Notes: generated from the sequence alone by a model not told the origin. A DNA stretch of 38,776 nt from an uncultured Lachnospiraceae bacterium (GCA_902803155.1 CADCOU010000203.1:1-38776), one strand, 5' to 3'. Positions 9,207 through 17,606 are shown, numbered from the stretch's first letter. Numbers and translations are program-made.

Positions 9207-10253
9207 TTACACCTGGATGATCTGGTGGCCGGCTGCCTTGATCAGCCTGTTCATAATAGCTGCTCCCAACTGAGGTGTATCAAATGCCTCCGAGTATATT
9301 ACGCTGACATGCAGATCGTCGAATTCCCGCAGGATTCCGAACAGACGCTGCGAGATCGTGATCTCATCCGACCGCGTGCCTGCCGAGCGGACAATACCGT
9401 GTGCATATACGGATGCGTCTTCATCGGTGGCAATAATACCGGCCAGACCTCCGGATTCCTCCGCCTGACGGGCAAGATCTTCGATCTTTGCCCGTACGGC
9501 AGCCTCACTGCCTTCTACGATGGTGAGGGATGCTTTCGGCGCATAATGCCGGTATTTCATACCGGGAGCCTTTGGGCGGAAAGCAGGATCTTCCGAGTGA
9601 AGTCCCGGATCCATCCGAACTTCCCCGAGAACAGACTGAAGCATCTCCAGACTGATGAAACCCGGTCGCAGAACCAGGGGAACATCTTCGGTCAGATCAA
9701 TGATGGTTGATTCTATTCCGATCCCGACAGGGCCGCCGTCGATGATCATATCGATTTTTCCGTCCAGGTCAGCCTGTACGTGTTTTGCTTCGGTCGGACT
9801 TGGCCGGCCGGATGTATTGGCGCTGGGAGCCGCGATGTATCCGCCGCTTTTGCGGATCAGCTCCAGAGCGGCCGGATGTGAGGGCATGCGGACAGCCACG
9901 GTGTTCAGGCCGCCGGTTGTTTCAAGCGGGACCGCAGGGCTTTTGCTCAGGACCATGGTCAGAGGGCCGGGCCAGAAAGCATCCGCAAGCAGTCTGGCAG
10001 CAGATGGTATGTCCGATACGATTTTTTCAAGCGCACCCATGTCTGCGATATGGACGATGAGAGGGTTGTCGGAAGGCCTTCCCTTCGCTGTGTATATCCT
10101 CCGGGAAGCATCCGGATCCAGGGCATCGCCGCCCAGTCCGTATACTGTTTCGGTCGGGAAAGCGACCAGTCCTCCGCTGCGGATGATTCTTCCGGCAAGA
10201 GTCATCAGTTCCGGATCGATGCGGTTTGTCATGTCTGCTAGGATAGTGTTCAT
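9207..10253 (-). CDS. sua5: L-threonylcarbamoyladenylate synthase, Sua5 type
   Basis: VAFPTETVYGLG, KGRPSDNPLIVH, APSANTSGRPSPT, GIESTI and APGMKYRHYAP; RBS supports ATG 10253. Confidence 0.96.
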   Translation of the reverse strand: MNTILADMTNRIDPELMTLAGRIIRSGGLVAFPTETVYGLGGDALDPDASRRIYTAKGRPSDNPLIVHIADMGALEKIVSDIPSAARLLADAFWPGPLTMVLSKSPAVPLETTGGLNTVAVRMPSHPAALELIRKSGGYIAAPSANTSGRPSPTEAKHVQADLDGKIDMIIDGGPVGIGIESTIIDLTEDVPLVLRPGFISLEMLQSVLGEVRMDPGLHSEDPAFRPKAPGMKYRHYAPKASLTIVEGSEAAVRAKIEDLARQAEESGGLAGIIATDEDASVYAHGIVRSAGTRSDEITISQRLFGILREFDDLHVSVIYSEAFDTPQLGAAIMNRLIKAAGHQIIQV

Positions 10254-10374
10254 GCGTTCCCTCTTTCTGAGCGCAATTATACCACAAACTGACACATTTT
10301 CACATGTGGGTGGTGCATTTTTCCCAGAGTGTGATATACTGGCATTACTACTATTTTTTGGAGGTCCATCTGCT

Positions 10375-11460
10375 ATGGAAGAGGAAATGAAGGCACCGGT
10401 AACTGAAACTGTCGAAGAAGTCAAAGAAGTGGCTGCAGCGGCAGAGGAAACTGAAGTCGTAGAAGCAGCTGAGGCAGAGGAGGCCTCTGCTCCCGCGGAA
10501 GAACCGGAAGCAAAGGAAGAAGCCCCGGCTCCGGCGGAAAAGCCTGCGGAATCCATGGCGGATTATGAAGCAGAGATTGATGCATCGCTGCGGAGATACG
10601 AGAGGGATGAGAAGGTCAAATGCACAGTGATCAGTGTTGACCAGGATAAGATCATGGTCGAACTGGGATCGACGACCGGCATCATCCGCAAACAGGATGT
10701 CACCGACGATCCGTCCTTTAACCTGCAGGAGAATATCAAGCCGGGTGATGAGATCGAGGCAACCGTTCTCCGTTCTGATGACGGCCACGGTCACGTCGTC
10801 CTGTCCATGAAGGCTGCGGCTGCTGCAAAGGCATGGGAGAGACTGACCAGCCTGCTTGGTTCGAAGGAAGATGTTGCGGTCAAGATCACCGGAATCACCA
10901 AAGCCGGTGTCATCACGGTGCTGGAAGGTGTCCGCGGATTTATCCCGGCATCCAAGCTGAGCCTCGGTTATGTTGCGGAAGATGATCTTCAGAACTGGAT
11001 CGGCAAGTCGATAAACGCACGCGTGATCACAGCCGAAAAAGAAGGAAGGAAACTGGTTCTCTCTGCGAAAGAGATCCTGAGAGAGAAGGAAGCACAGGAG
11101 CGCAAGGATGCAGCGGCGCAGATCAGGGTCGGACTGGTAACGGACGGCGTAGTAGAAACCATTAAGGATTACGGTGCATTTGTCAGCCTTGGCAAGGGCG
11201 TGACGGGACTGCTCCATGTATCCCAGATCAGCCAGAAGCGTATCAAGACTCCGTCTGAAGTGCTGAAGGAAGGTCAGACAGTCAGGGTCAAGGTCACGAA
11301 GGTCGCGGACGGAAGAATCAGCCTGAGCATGAAGGCTCTGGAAGAGTCTGTTGCACCGGAAGCCGAAGAAGAGAAAGAGGAGATCAATTTCAAACTTCCG
11401 AAGAGTGAAAACATCGGTACCGGACTCGGTGACCTGCTGAAGGGGCTGAAACTGAACTGA
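10375..11460 (+). CDS. S1 RNA-binding domain protein (30S ribosomal protein S1-like, three S1 domains) with an acidic N-terminal extension
   Basis: GGAGG RBS; VRGFIPAS, LVLSAK, DYGAFV..GLLHVSQIS and RISLSMK; the C-terminal GLGDLLKGLKL resembles firmicute S1. Confidence 0.9.
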   Translation: MEEEMKAPVTETVEEVKEVAAAAEETEVVEAAEAEEASAPAEEPEAKEEAPAPAEKPAESMADYEAEIDASLRRYERDEKVKCTVISVDQDKIMVELGSTTGIIRKQDVTDDPSFNLQENIKPGDEIEATVLRSDDGHGHVVLSMKAAAAAKAWERLTSLLGSKEDVAVKITGITKAGVITVLEGVRGFIPASKLSLGYVAEDDLQNWIGKSINARVITAEKEGRKLVLSAKEILREKEAQERKDAAAQIRVGLVTDGVVETIKDYGAFVSLGKGVTGLLHVSQISQKRIKTPSEVLKEGQTVRVKVTKVADGRISLSMKALEESVAPEAEEEKEEINFKLPKSENIGTGLGDLLKGLKLN

Positions 11461-11544
11461 TCTCCGGAAATGACCGGCCGTAAGGTTTCGTTTCGGGAAC
11501 CGGAGCGGGCAGATATATGAAAACGAATCCAATGTAAGACAGAG

Positions 11545-11579
11545 AAACCCTCCCGACCGATCCGGTCAGGAGGGTTTTT
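11545..11579. terminator. Terminator between convergent genes
   Basis: AAACCCTCCCGACCG-ATC-CGGTCAGGAGGGTTTTT. Confidence 0.85.
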
Positions 11580-11657
11580 AATTATTTCGGTTTTGAGCCC
11601 GGGATCTCTGTGACTTCAGCTAATGCATGGGAGATAACAGGTTTTCTTTCGTGCGGG

Positions 11658-12449
11658 TTACATCCCGCGTGACTTTTTTACACAGGCCTTCTCCGCCTCG
11701 ATGACGGCGCTCCGGAATCCCTTTTCCTCCAGAACGCGCACAGCTTCCATGGTCGTGCCGCCCGGAGAACAAACCATATCTTTCAGCACGCCCGGGTGAG
11801 ATCCGGTCTCAAGCACCATCTTTGCGGAACCGAGGACCGCCTGCGCTGCAAATTTGTATGCCTGTGCACGCGGCATGCCGTCTGCGACCGCTCCGTCCGC
11901 CATGGCTTCTATGAGCATAAATACGTAAGCCGGTGAGCTCCCTGATACGGAAGTGACGACATCCAGCAGGTTCTCCGGAACGACCTCAGCTTTTCCGAAG
12001 CTTTCCAGGATCGCCATGACCTGTGCCAGGTCGTCATCTGTGACCAGCTCATTTCTGCAGACCCCGGTCATGCCTTCTTTGACCATTGCCGGCGTATTGG
12101 GCATGGTGCGGACGATTTTCAGATCTCTTCCGAACTGTTCCCGCAGCCAGGAGAGAGTCTTGCCGGGTGCGATCGTAACGATGACCGTTTCCTGGCGCAC
12201 TGCATCTCGGATCTCTTCGATCACTTCCTCATAGTATTGCGGCTTAACGGACAGGAACAGGATATCTGCGCCGGAGGCGGCTTCCATATTGGTGACGCAG
12301 GCGATCTTCAGGCGGTTCCGGATCCGCTCCTGTGCGGCGGGACTGCTGTCGGAAGCCATAAGATCGCCGGGGACGGAGATTCCGGATGACAGGATACCTC
12401 CGATTATGGCAGATGCCATGTTTCCGCATCCAATAAAAGCTGTTTTCAT
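11658..12449 (-). CDS. proC: Pyrroline-5-carboxylate reductase
   Basis: FIGCGNM, VKPQ, RTMPNTP, SGSSPAY and VCSPGGTT. Confidence 0.97.
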   Translation of the reverse strand: MKTAFIGCGNMASAIIGGILSSGISVPGDLMASDSSPAAQERIRNRLKIACVTNMEAASGADILFLSVKPQYYEEVIEEIRDAVRQETVIVTIAPGKTLSWLREQFGRDLKIVRTMPNTPAMVKEGMTGVCRNELVTDDDLAQVMAILESFGKAEVVPENLLDVVTSVSGSSPAYVFMLIEAMADGAVADGMPRAQAYKFAAQAVLGSAKMVLETGSHPGVLKDMVCSPGGTTMEAVRVLEEKGFRSAVIEAEKACVKKSRGM

Positions 12450-12496
12450 CTGTTATTTTCCTTTCTTGGCTTCTCTGAGTTATTAATTCATCATAA

Positions 12497-12525
12497 AGTA
12501 TAAATATTGGTCAGATTCGCGTCAA
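12497..12525 (-). promoter_or_regulatory. Putative sigmaA promoter for proC
   Basis: Minus strand TTGACG-17 nt-TATACT. Confidence 0.75.
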
Positions 12526-12544
12526 GTTTGGCGATTTTTGTGCC

Positions 12545-12573
12545 TTGACACAGAAATGAGGCACGAGTAGAAT
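12545..12573 (+). promoter_or_regulatory. Putative sigmaA promoter for the NlpC/P60 gene
   Basis: TTGACA-17 nt-TAGAAT. Confidence 0.8.
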
Positions 12574-12582
12574 TAAAACAAA

Positions 12583-12599
12583 TGTAACAAATTTGTAAT
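12583..12599 (+). promoter_or_regulatory. WalR (YycF)-type direct-repeat box
   Basis: TGTAAC-AAATT-TGTAAT matches TGTWAH-N5-TGTWAH and lies in front of a peptidoglycan hydrolase gene. Confidence 0.7.
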
Positions 12600-12679
12600 T
12601 TGCACGTCCGAAGATTAAAAACAGTTTTCATTTCCATGAACGGACGTTTGGGTGTGAGAGAAAACGGGGGGAAGAATTC

Positions 12680-14092
12680 ATGAAAAAACGGCTGAGTGCC
12701 ATGCTGATCGCGGCTGCAGCGCTGATGCTGGTGTCCGTACCTGTACGGGCAGAATTCGTTACAACTCGAAAAGGAACTGCATATAAGACTGCGTCAGGTT
12801 CTTATGCGACCGGTATGCAGACGATCGACGGGAATATGTATTTCTTCGATGCCGGAGGAATCCTGCAGAAGAATCAGTGGGTCACCGCGAACGGTAAGCG
12901 GTATTATGCAGGCAAGGATGGTGTCATTCGAACCAATGCCTGGATCAAGAAGACGTATTATGTCACTGCGACCGGTGAAAAGGCGAAAGGCCTTACAGAG
13001 ATCAAGGGCAGATTATATTATTTTAACCTGAAGACCGGAAAACTGATGAAAGGCAGGATCCGGGCCACATCCCGAACCGTCTATGTCACGAATGCAAAAG
13101 GGGTGGTGCTGCAGAATACTTTCTTCAGCGAGAAGGGAAAGCGGTACTATGCGAAAGAAGACGGTTCGCTGGCAGCCGGCCTGACAAAGATCGGGAATAA
13201 TTTATACTTTTTCCATCGCAAGAACTTTAAGATGATGAAGAGTATAAAGCGTACGATCAACGGAAAAACCTACTATTTTCAGAAGAAGGGAAGAGCCGCC
13301 CGCAATAAATGGATTAAGTTAAAGGGGAAGTACTATTATTTCCAGAATGACGGCACCATGGCAGTCAACCAGACCATTGGAGATTATTATGTCGGATCCG
13401 ACGGCAGACGGCTGAAAAAGGTTCAGAAAAACAATGTCAATAAGATCGGCGGAAAGTACTATCTGATAGACAGCAATGGCAAGACGTACAAGAGTTGCTG
13501 GGTCACGATCGGTGATGAAAAGTATTATGCCGGAGCGGATGGAGCCGCGCTGACCGGTCTGCAGACAATCGGCGGCATACAGTATTATTTCAATGAAAAA
13601 GGCGTGATGGAAAAAGACACGCTGGCCGTTGTCGGCAAGACAGTCTATACGATCAACAAGAGCGGCCGAATTACGAAGGTCAGCACGGCGATCGGAGAAG
13701 CCATTGCCGCATATGGCCAGAAGTTCGTAGGCAACCCGTATGTATACGGCGGAACGAGCCTGGCGAACGGTGCTGACTGTTCCGGATTTGCATTATCTGT
13801 ATTCGCTCATTTCGGCATTAAGCTGCTGCGTGTATCAGATGATCAGATGAAAGGCCCTTCCGCGGCTTTGCAGAAACAGGGCTACAAGAAAGGTACGGTG
13901 ATCAAGGATAAAAACCTGCTTCCGGGAGATCTGATTTTCTACGGAACTGCCAACTATTCGTCCCATACCGCAATCTATATCGGAAAGAATAAAGTTGTTC
14001 ATGCCGCCAATACAGTGATGGGCATAATCATTACGGACATTGACTGGTGTCCGGGACGGGTCAAGAATCATGCAATGCGTTACTGGGCATAA
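12680..14092 (+). CDS. Secreted NlpC/P60 (C40) peptidoglycan endopeptidase with many cell-wall/choline-binding-type repeats
   Basis: Signal peptide; repeated (I)xGKxYYF units; GNPYVYGG, GADCSGF, PGDLIFY, HTAIY and HAA (Cys-His-His). Confidence 0.93.
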   Translation: MKKRLSAMLIAAAALMLVSVPVRAEFVTTRKGTAYKTASGSYATGMQTIDGNMYFFDAGGILQKNQWVTANGKRYYAGKDGVIRTNAWIKKTYYVTATGEKAKGLTEIKGRLYYFNLKTGKLMKGRIRATSRTVYVTNAKGVVLQNTFFSEKGKRYYAKEDGSLAAGLTKIGNNLYFFHRKNFKMMKSIKRTINGKTYYFQKKGRAARNKWIKLKGKYYYFQNDGTMAVNQTIGDYYVGSDGRRLKKVQKNNVNKIGGKYYLIDSNGKTYKSCWVTIGDEKYYAGADGAALTGLQTIGGIQYYFNEKGVMEKDTLAVVGKTVYTINKSGRITKVSTAIGEAIAAYGQKFVGNPYVYGGTSLANGADCSGFALSVFAHFGIKLLRVSDDQMKGPSAALQKQGYKKGTVIKDKNLLPGDLIFYGTANYSSHTAIYIGKNKVVHAANTVMGIIITDIDWCPGRVKNHAMRYWA

Positions 14093-14136
14093 TAAGAACA
14101 GTATCTGCAAAACAGGATCTAATTGAATAAATGCAT

Positions 14137-14176
14137 AAAAAACAGAAGCTTCCCGGCAGGGAGGCTTCTGTTTCTG
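14137..14176. terminator. Bidirectional terminator
   Basis: AAAAAACAGAAGCTTCCC-GGCA-GGGAGGCTTCTGTTTCT. Confidence 0.85.
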
Positions 14177-14197
14177 TGTTATGAAACCGATAACAGA

Positions 14198-15085
14198 TCA
14201 TGAAAGGTGAACCACAGCCGGATCCATCCTGGACAGATTGAAACAGCCGGTACATGCCATGGCTTTTTTCAATTCCGCATTTACCTCCGCCAGGTATGAC
14301 GCCATCGCATCGGCGCCGCCGTTTTTGATTGCAGTCATCAGCGGACGGCCGATACAGACTGCGTGGGCTCCGAGAGCGAGAGCCTTGAAAGCGTCCATGC
14401 CCGACCGGATATCACCATCCACGAAGAGCGGCACCGGCTTTTTCAGGCTCTTTCTTATCTCGGGCAGCGCCTTGAGCGGCGGGACTGCATAAGAGATCCG
14501 GTTGTTATGATGCGATATGACCAGTCCCTGCGCTCCTGCATCGACCGCTTCCTCCGCGTCATAGGTACTCAGTACGCCCTTTGCGATGACAGGAAGAGAG
14601 GTGGCAGAGCAGATCTCTCTCAGTTCTTCTGTCCGGATCGGAGACATCTCATAGCCGTCTACGATATCCGGAGAACCGTCAGACCCGAAGGGATGGTCAA
14701 TATCGATCCCCACGGCCAGCAGTCCCAGCTTTTCGGCATGCCGGATCTTCTGATAGATGAGATCCCTGTCCGTGTAGGGCTTGATGATCTCGATCATGGG
14801 CGCTCCGGAAGACGCGCAGAGTTCGACTTCTTTCTCATCAGCCATGCCGAGCCAGAGGATGACATCTGCTTTGGCGGCGCCTTCCGCATAAGCTTTCGTT
14901 GCTCCGTCAAACATGAAATGATCCAGATGTGACAGCGCGGCGGTCATTACAGGAGATGAAAACTTTCTCCCGTATAGATCCATGGTCAGATCCGGACTGA
15001 CCGAATTCATATATCTTGTCTCAACTAAAAGGGAATCCAGGTACTTTCTTGTGATGACATTTGAGTTTCCGCTGTTTTCAGACAT
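14198..15085 (-). CDS. FMN-dependent alpha-hydroxy-acid dehydrogenase/oxidase family protein
   Basis: SPVMTAA, IDID, PVIAKGV, VISHH, VDGDIRSGMDAFKALALGA and IGRP; AAGGAG RBS favours ATG 15085 over 15103. Confidence 0.88.
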   Translation of the reverse strand: MSENSGNSNVITRKYLDSLLVETRYMNSVSPDLTMDLYGRKFSSPVMTAALSHLDHFMFDGATKAYAEGAAKADVILWLGMADEKEVELCASSGAPMIEIIKPYTDRDLIYQKIRHAEKLGLLAVGIDIDHPFGSDGSPDIVDGYEMSPIRTEELREICSATSLPVIAKGVLSTYDAEEAVDAGAQGLVISHHNNRISYAVPPLKALPEIRKSLKKPVPLFVDGDIRSGMDAFKALALGAHAVCIGRPLMTAIKNGGADAMASYLAEVNAELKKAMACTGCFNLSRMDPAVVHLS

Positions 15086-15139
15086 AATGCTCTCCTTCTT
15101 CATCTCCTCAGTGGGGATCTCAACGGGTCATCTAATATT

Positions 15140-15214
15140 TTAATAGTGTTCCTTGACTTCGACAAGCAGGCCCAGCGCATCCGCAGTGTCGAAGTACTCA
15201 TATACCTCATCCGC
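15140..15214 (-). pseudogene. C-terminal remnant of a probable VOC/glyoxalase (methylmalonyl-CoA epimerase-like) gene
   Basis: ADEVYEYFDTADALGLLVEVKEHY* resembles the YxYFDTxxxLGxxxExxE end of VOC proteins; the frame upstream is the antisense of the galM remnant. Confidence 0.55.
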
Positions 15215-15340
15215 GGCGCATTCTGCCTGGAGACGCAGTATTTCCCGGATACGCCGAACAGGCCGGAGTTCCCGTCCAATCTGTTCCGGGCAGGCGAAAA
15301 ACTGGTCACAAAGACGATCTACCGTTTCCGGACAGAGTAA
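15212..15340 (+). pseudogene. galM: C-terminal remnant of aldose 1-epimerase (galactose mutarotase)
   Basis: RGAFCLETQYFPDTPNRPEFPSNLFRAGEKLVTKTIYRF* is the GalM C-terminus; no N-terminal part is present. Confidence 0.88.
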
Positions 15341-15370
15341 GCCTGTATGGCGGGAGGCAATGGAGGAAAA

Positions 15371-15623
15371 ATGAATACATTTTCGATTGATGGTAAGGTA
15401 ATGGTGATCATCGGCGGCACTAACGGTATCGGCCGCGGTCTGGTCGACTACTTCGTGGAGCAGGGCGTCACCGTCATTGCGATCGGAAGCAGGGAGGATA
15501 CCGCGCGGCGAACTGGGGACGATCGATGACATTGCCAGCGCAGTGCATTATCTTGTGAGCGGACATGCGGACATGGCGAGCGGATCGATCCTGGTCATCG
15601 ACGGCGGATGGACAAGCGTATGA
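15371..15623 (+). pseudogene. Short-chain dehydrogenase/reductase with a large internal deletion and frameshift
   Basis: GGAGG RBS, then MNTFSIDGKVMVIIGGTNGIGRG...GSR; from 15495 in the +1 frame RIPRGELGTIDDIASAVHYLVSGHADMASGSILVIDGGWTSV*. The YxxxK region is absent. Confidence 0.9.
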
Positions 15624-15743
15624 TTCTTATGTAACATCTAGATGGGGGATGGTCTCCCGTTTCGTTACATCTTCAGGCAGACCTGAATGAATACATAGTC
15701 TTTGTACAGATGCAGGATCGTGCAGTGAAAGGAGAGATTTGGC

Positions 15744-16604
15744 ATGGAGAAGAACTACAGGGCAGAACTGACAGGAGTGTTCGGGGACCCCGTGGAAGGG
15801 AATCCGACCGGCGTCATGGAGGAAGCCGCCTATGATGCTCTGGGACTGAATTACCGCTATATCACGATGAAGGTGACTCCTGAGGGATTCCGGGATGCGA
15901 TGAATGCGGTTAAGGCAATTCATATGAAAGGCGTCAACCTGACGATGCCTCATAAGATCACCGTGATCCCCTATCTGGACGAATTGTCTGAGGCAGCTTC
16001 GATCATAGGAGCGGTAAATACCGTCGTTGTACGGGAGGACGGGACACTGTTCGGAGAGAATACGGACGGGAAGGGATTTGTCGAAGCTCTCCTTCGCTAT
16101 GGCGAGAGTCCTGCCGGAAAAAATATTGTGATCCTCGGAGCAGGCGGCGCCGCGAGAGCAATCGCGGTCGAATGCGCTCTTGCCGGCGCATCGAAGATCA
16201 CGGTAATCAACCGGACTGCCCCGAAAGCAGAGGAACTGGCCGGACTGATCCGTGAGAACACGAAGGCGCAGGCGGAAGGGATCGCCTGGGAAGCAGGTCA
16301 GAAGATCCCTGCCGGTACGGATATCCTGATCAATGCGACCAGCATCGGTCTCGGGGATGACAGAGCAAACCGTCCCGACATCGGTTATGATTCGATCACC
16401 CCGGAGATGACAGTCAGCGACGTCGTTTTCAATCCGTCGGATACACTGTTCCTGCAGGGGGCAGCGGAGCGCGGTGCCAAAACGGTAAACGGGCTTGGCA
16501 TGCTCGCCTGTCAGGGGGCAAGGAACTTCACGCTCTGGACAGGAGTCGAGGCTCCTCTGGAAGTGATGATCAATCAATTAAAAGAAGAATTTGGAGAAGT
16601 ATAG
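15744..16604 (+). CDS. Shikimate dehydrogenase-family oxidoreductase (AroE-like paralogue)
   Basis: GVNLTMPHK, GAVNTV, GENTDG, GAGGAARA, INATSIG and GLGMLACQG; the N-terminal HSxSP is replaced by GNPT. Confidence 0.88.
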   Translation: MEKNYRAELTGVFGDPVEGNPTGVMEEAAYDALGLNYRYITMKVTPEGFRDAMNAVKAIHMKGVNLTMPHKITVIPYLDELSEAASIIGAVNTVVVREDGTLFGENTDGKGFVEALLRYGESPAGKNIVILGAGGAARAIAVECALAGASKITVINRTAPKAEELAGLIRENTKAQAEGIAWEAGQKIPAGTDILINATSIGLGDDRANRPDIGYDSITPEMTVSDVVFNPSDTLFLQGAAERGAKTVNGLGMLACQGARNFTLWTGVEAPLEVMINQLKEEFGEV

Positions 16605-16658
16605 ACTGTGGCCCGGAATGGGAAGAACCATGATCAGTCACAGGATAAGGAAAAAGAT

Positions 16659-17156
16659 ATGGAAAGACATCTTGATATCCTCAAAAAGCAGGAAGAGATA
16701 TTGCGGTTTAAGCGGTTTGATAACGAGTCCGCTTTTGAACTGGGCTGTTTTATGATGAAGCGCGCAAAGGAACTGTCGCTGCAGGTGGCGCTGTCGATCC
16801 GGTCTGCGGACGGAGCGGTTCTGTTTCAGTACCTCTGCAATGACGCGACTGCGCTGAATGACAACTGGCTCAGGCGCAAGACAAACACGGTCATTATGAT
16901 GGGAGCCAGCTCCCTCCGCGGAACATACAATCTGGAGGGCAACGGGGAAAGTATCGAAGATAACGGGCTCTCCAAAGAAGACTATGCTTTGTGCGGAGGC
17001 GGTTTCCCGGTGCGGCTGGAAGGGATGGATCATGTGATCGGGGCAGTGTGCTGCTCGAATATGTATCATATAGCGGATCATGAATTCGTAGTTGACCGGC
17101 TCAGGGAGTATCTGAACCGTCCCGAGGCACCTTCGTATCCGTATACGCTGCCGTGA
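16659..17156 (+). CDS. UPF0303 / heme-degrading-domain (GlcG/HbpS superfamily) protein
   Basis: QEEILRFKRFDNESAFELG, NDNWLRRKTNTV..SS, YALCGGGFPV and DHEFVV; AAGGA RBS before ATG 16659 (GTG 16608 is possible). Confidence 0.85.
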   Translation: MERHLDILKKQEEILRFKRFDNESAFELGCFMMKRAKELSLQVALSIRSADGAVLFQYLCNDATALNDNWLRRKTNTVIMMGASSLRGTYNLEGNGESIEDNGLSKEDYALCGGGFPVRLEGMDHVIGAVCCSNMYHIADHEFVVDRLREYLNRPEAPSYPYTLP

Positions 17157-17224
17157 TCCGGTCAGGAAGACGGCAGAGCATCCGTTCCTATGCGGCTCCG
17201 TGTTCTCTGCCGGTTTCCGGAAGG

Positions 17225-17253
17225 TTGCCGGCATAATCCTGCTATGGTACAAT
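17225..17253 (+). promoter_or_regulatory. Putative sigmaA promoter of the cobalamin operon
   Basis: TTGCCG-17 nt-TACAAT with a TG extension, about 20 nt before the riboswitch. Confidence 0.7.
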
Positions 17254-17273
17254 AACTGCAGTTTCATATGAAA

Positions 17274-17483
17274 GGTATGCGGTGCCGGAGCGGTGTCTGC
17301 GGATCATGGAAATGTTTCCGCAGTATACTGCAATGGTTAAAAGGGAAACAGGTGCAAGACCTGTGCGAACTCGTCACTGTGAGTGCGGAGTACGGTTATC
17401 GTTCCGATCGGAGCCACTGGGAATACCCGGGAAGGCAGATGGCCGTGTGGTGATGCATGAGCCAGGAAACCTGCCGCATGACC
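17274..17483 (+). ncRNA. Cobalamin (AdoCbl-type) riboswitch
   Basis: P1 GGTATGCGG/CCGCATGACC; TTAAAAGGGAAACAGGTGCAAGACCTGT, CACTGT, GCCACTGGGAATACCCGGGAAGG and B12 box GAGCCAGGAAACCTGCC; upstream of cob/cbi genes. Confidence 0.95.
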
Positions 17484-17606
17484 GGTACAGGGCTTTGCCC
17501 GGATCACGAGTAATTGGTCGTACTGTTATTACAGGGTATCCGTCTTCAACGCAGAATCCTGCGCCGGCGTTCCGGATTCCTTGTCTTTTCTGTATGCATT
17601 ATGACT

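Noticed and set aside
9655-10556. Long mutually overlapping ORF extensions (601-aa plus-strand and 449-aa minus-strand ORFs)
   Set aside because: Each extension is the antisense of the other real gene; RBS and homology support starts at 10375 (+) and 10253 (-).
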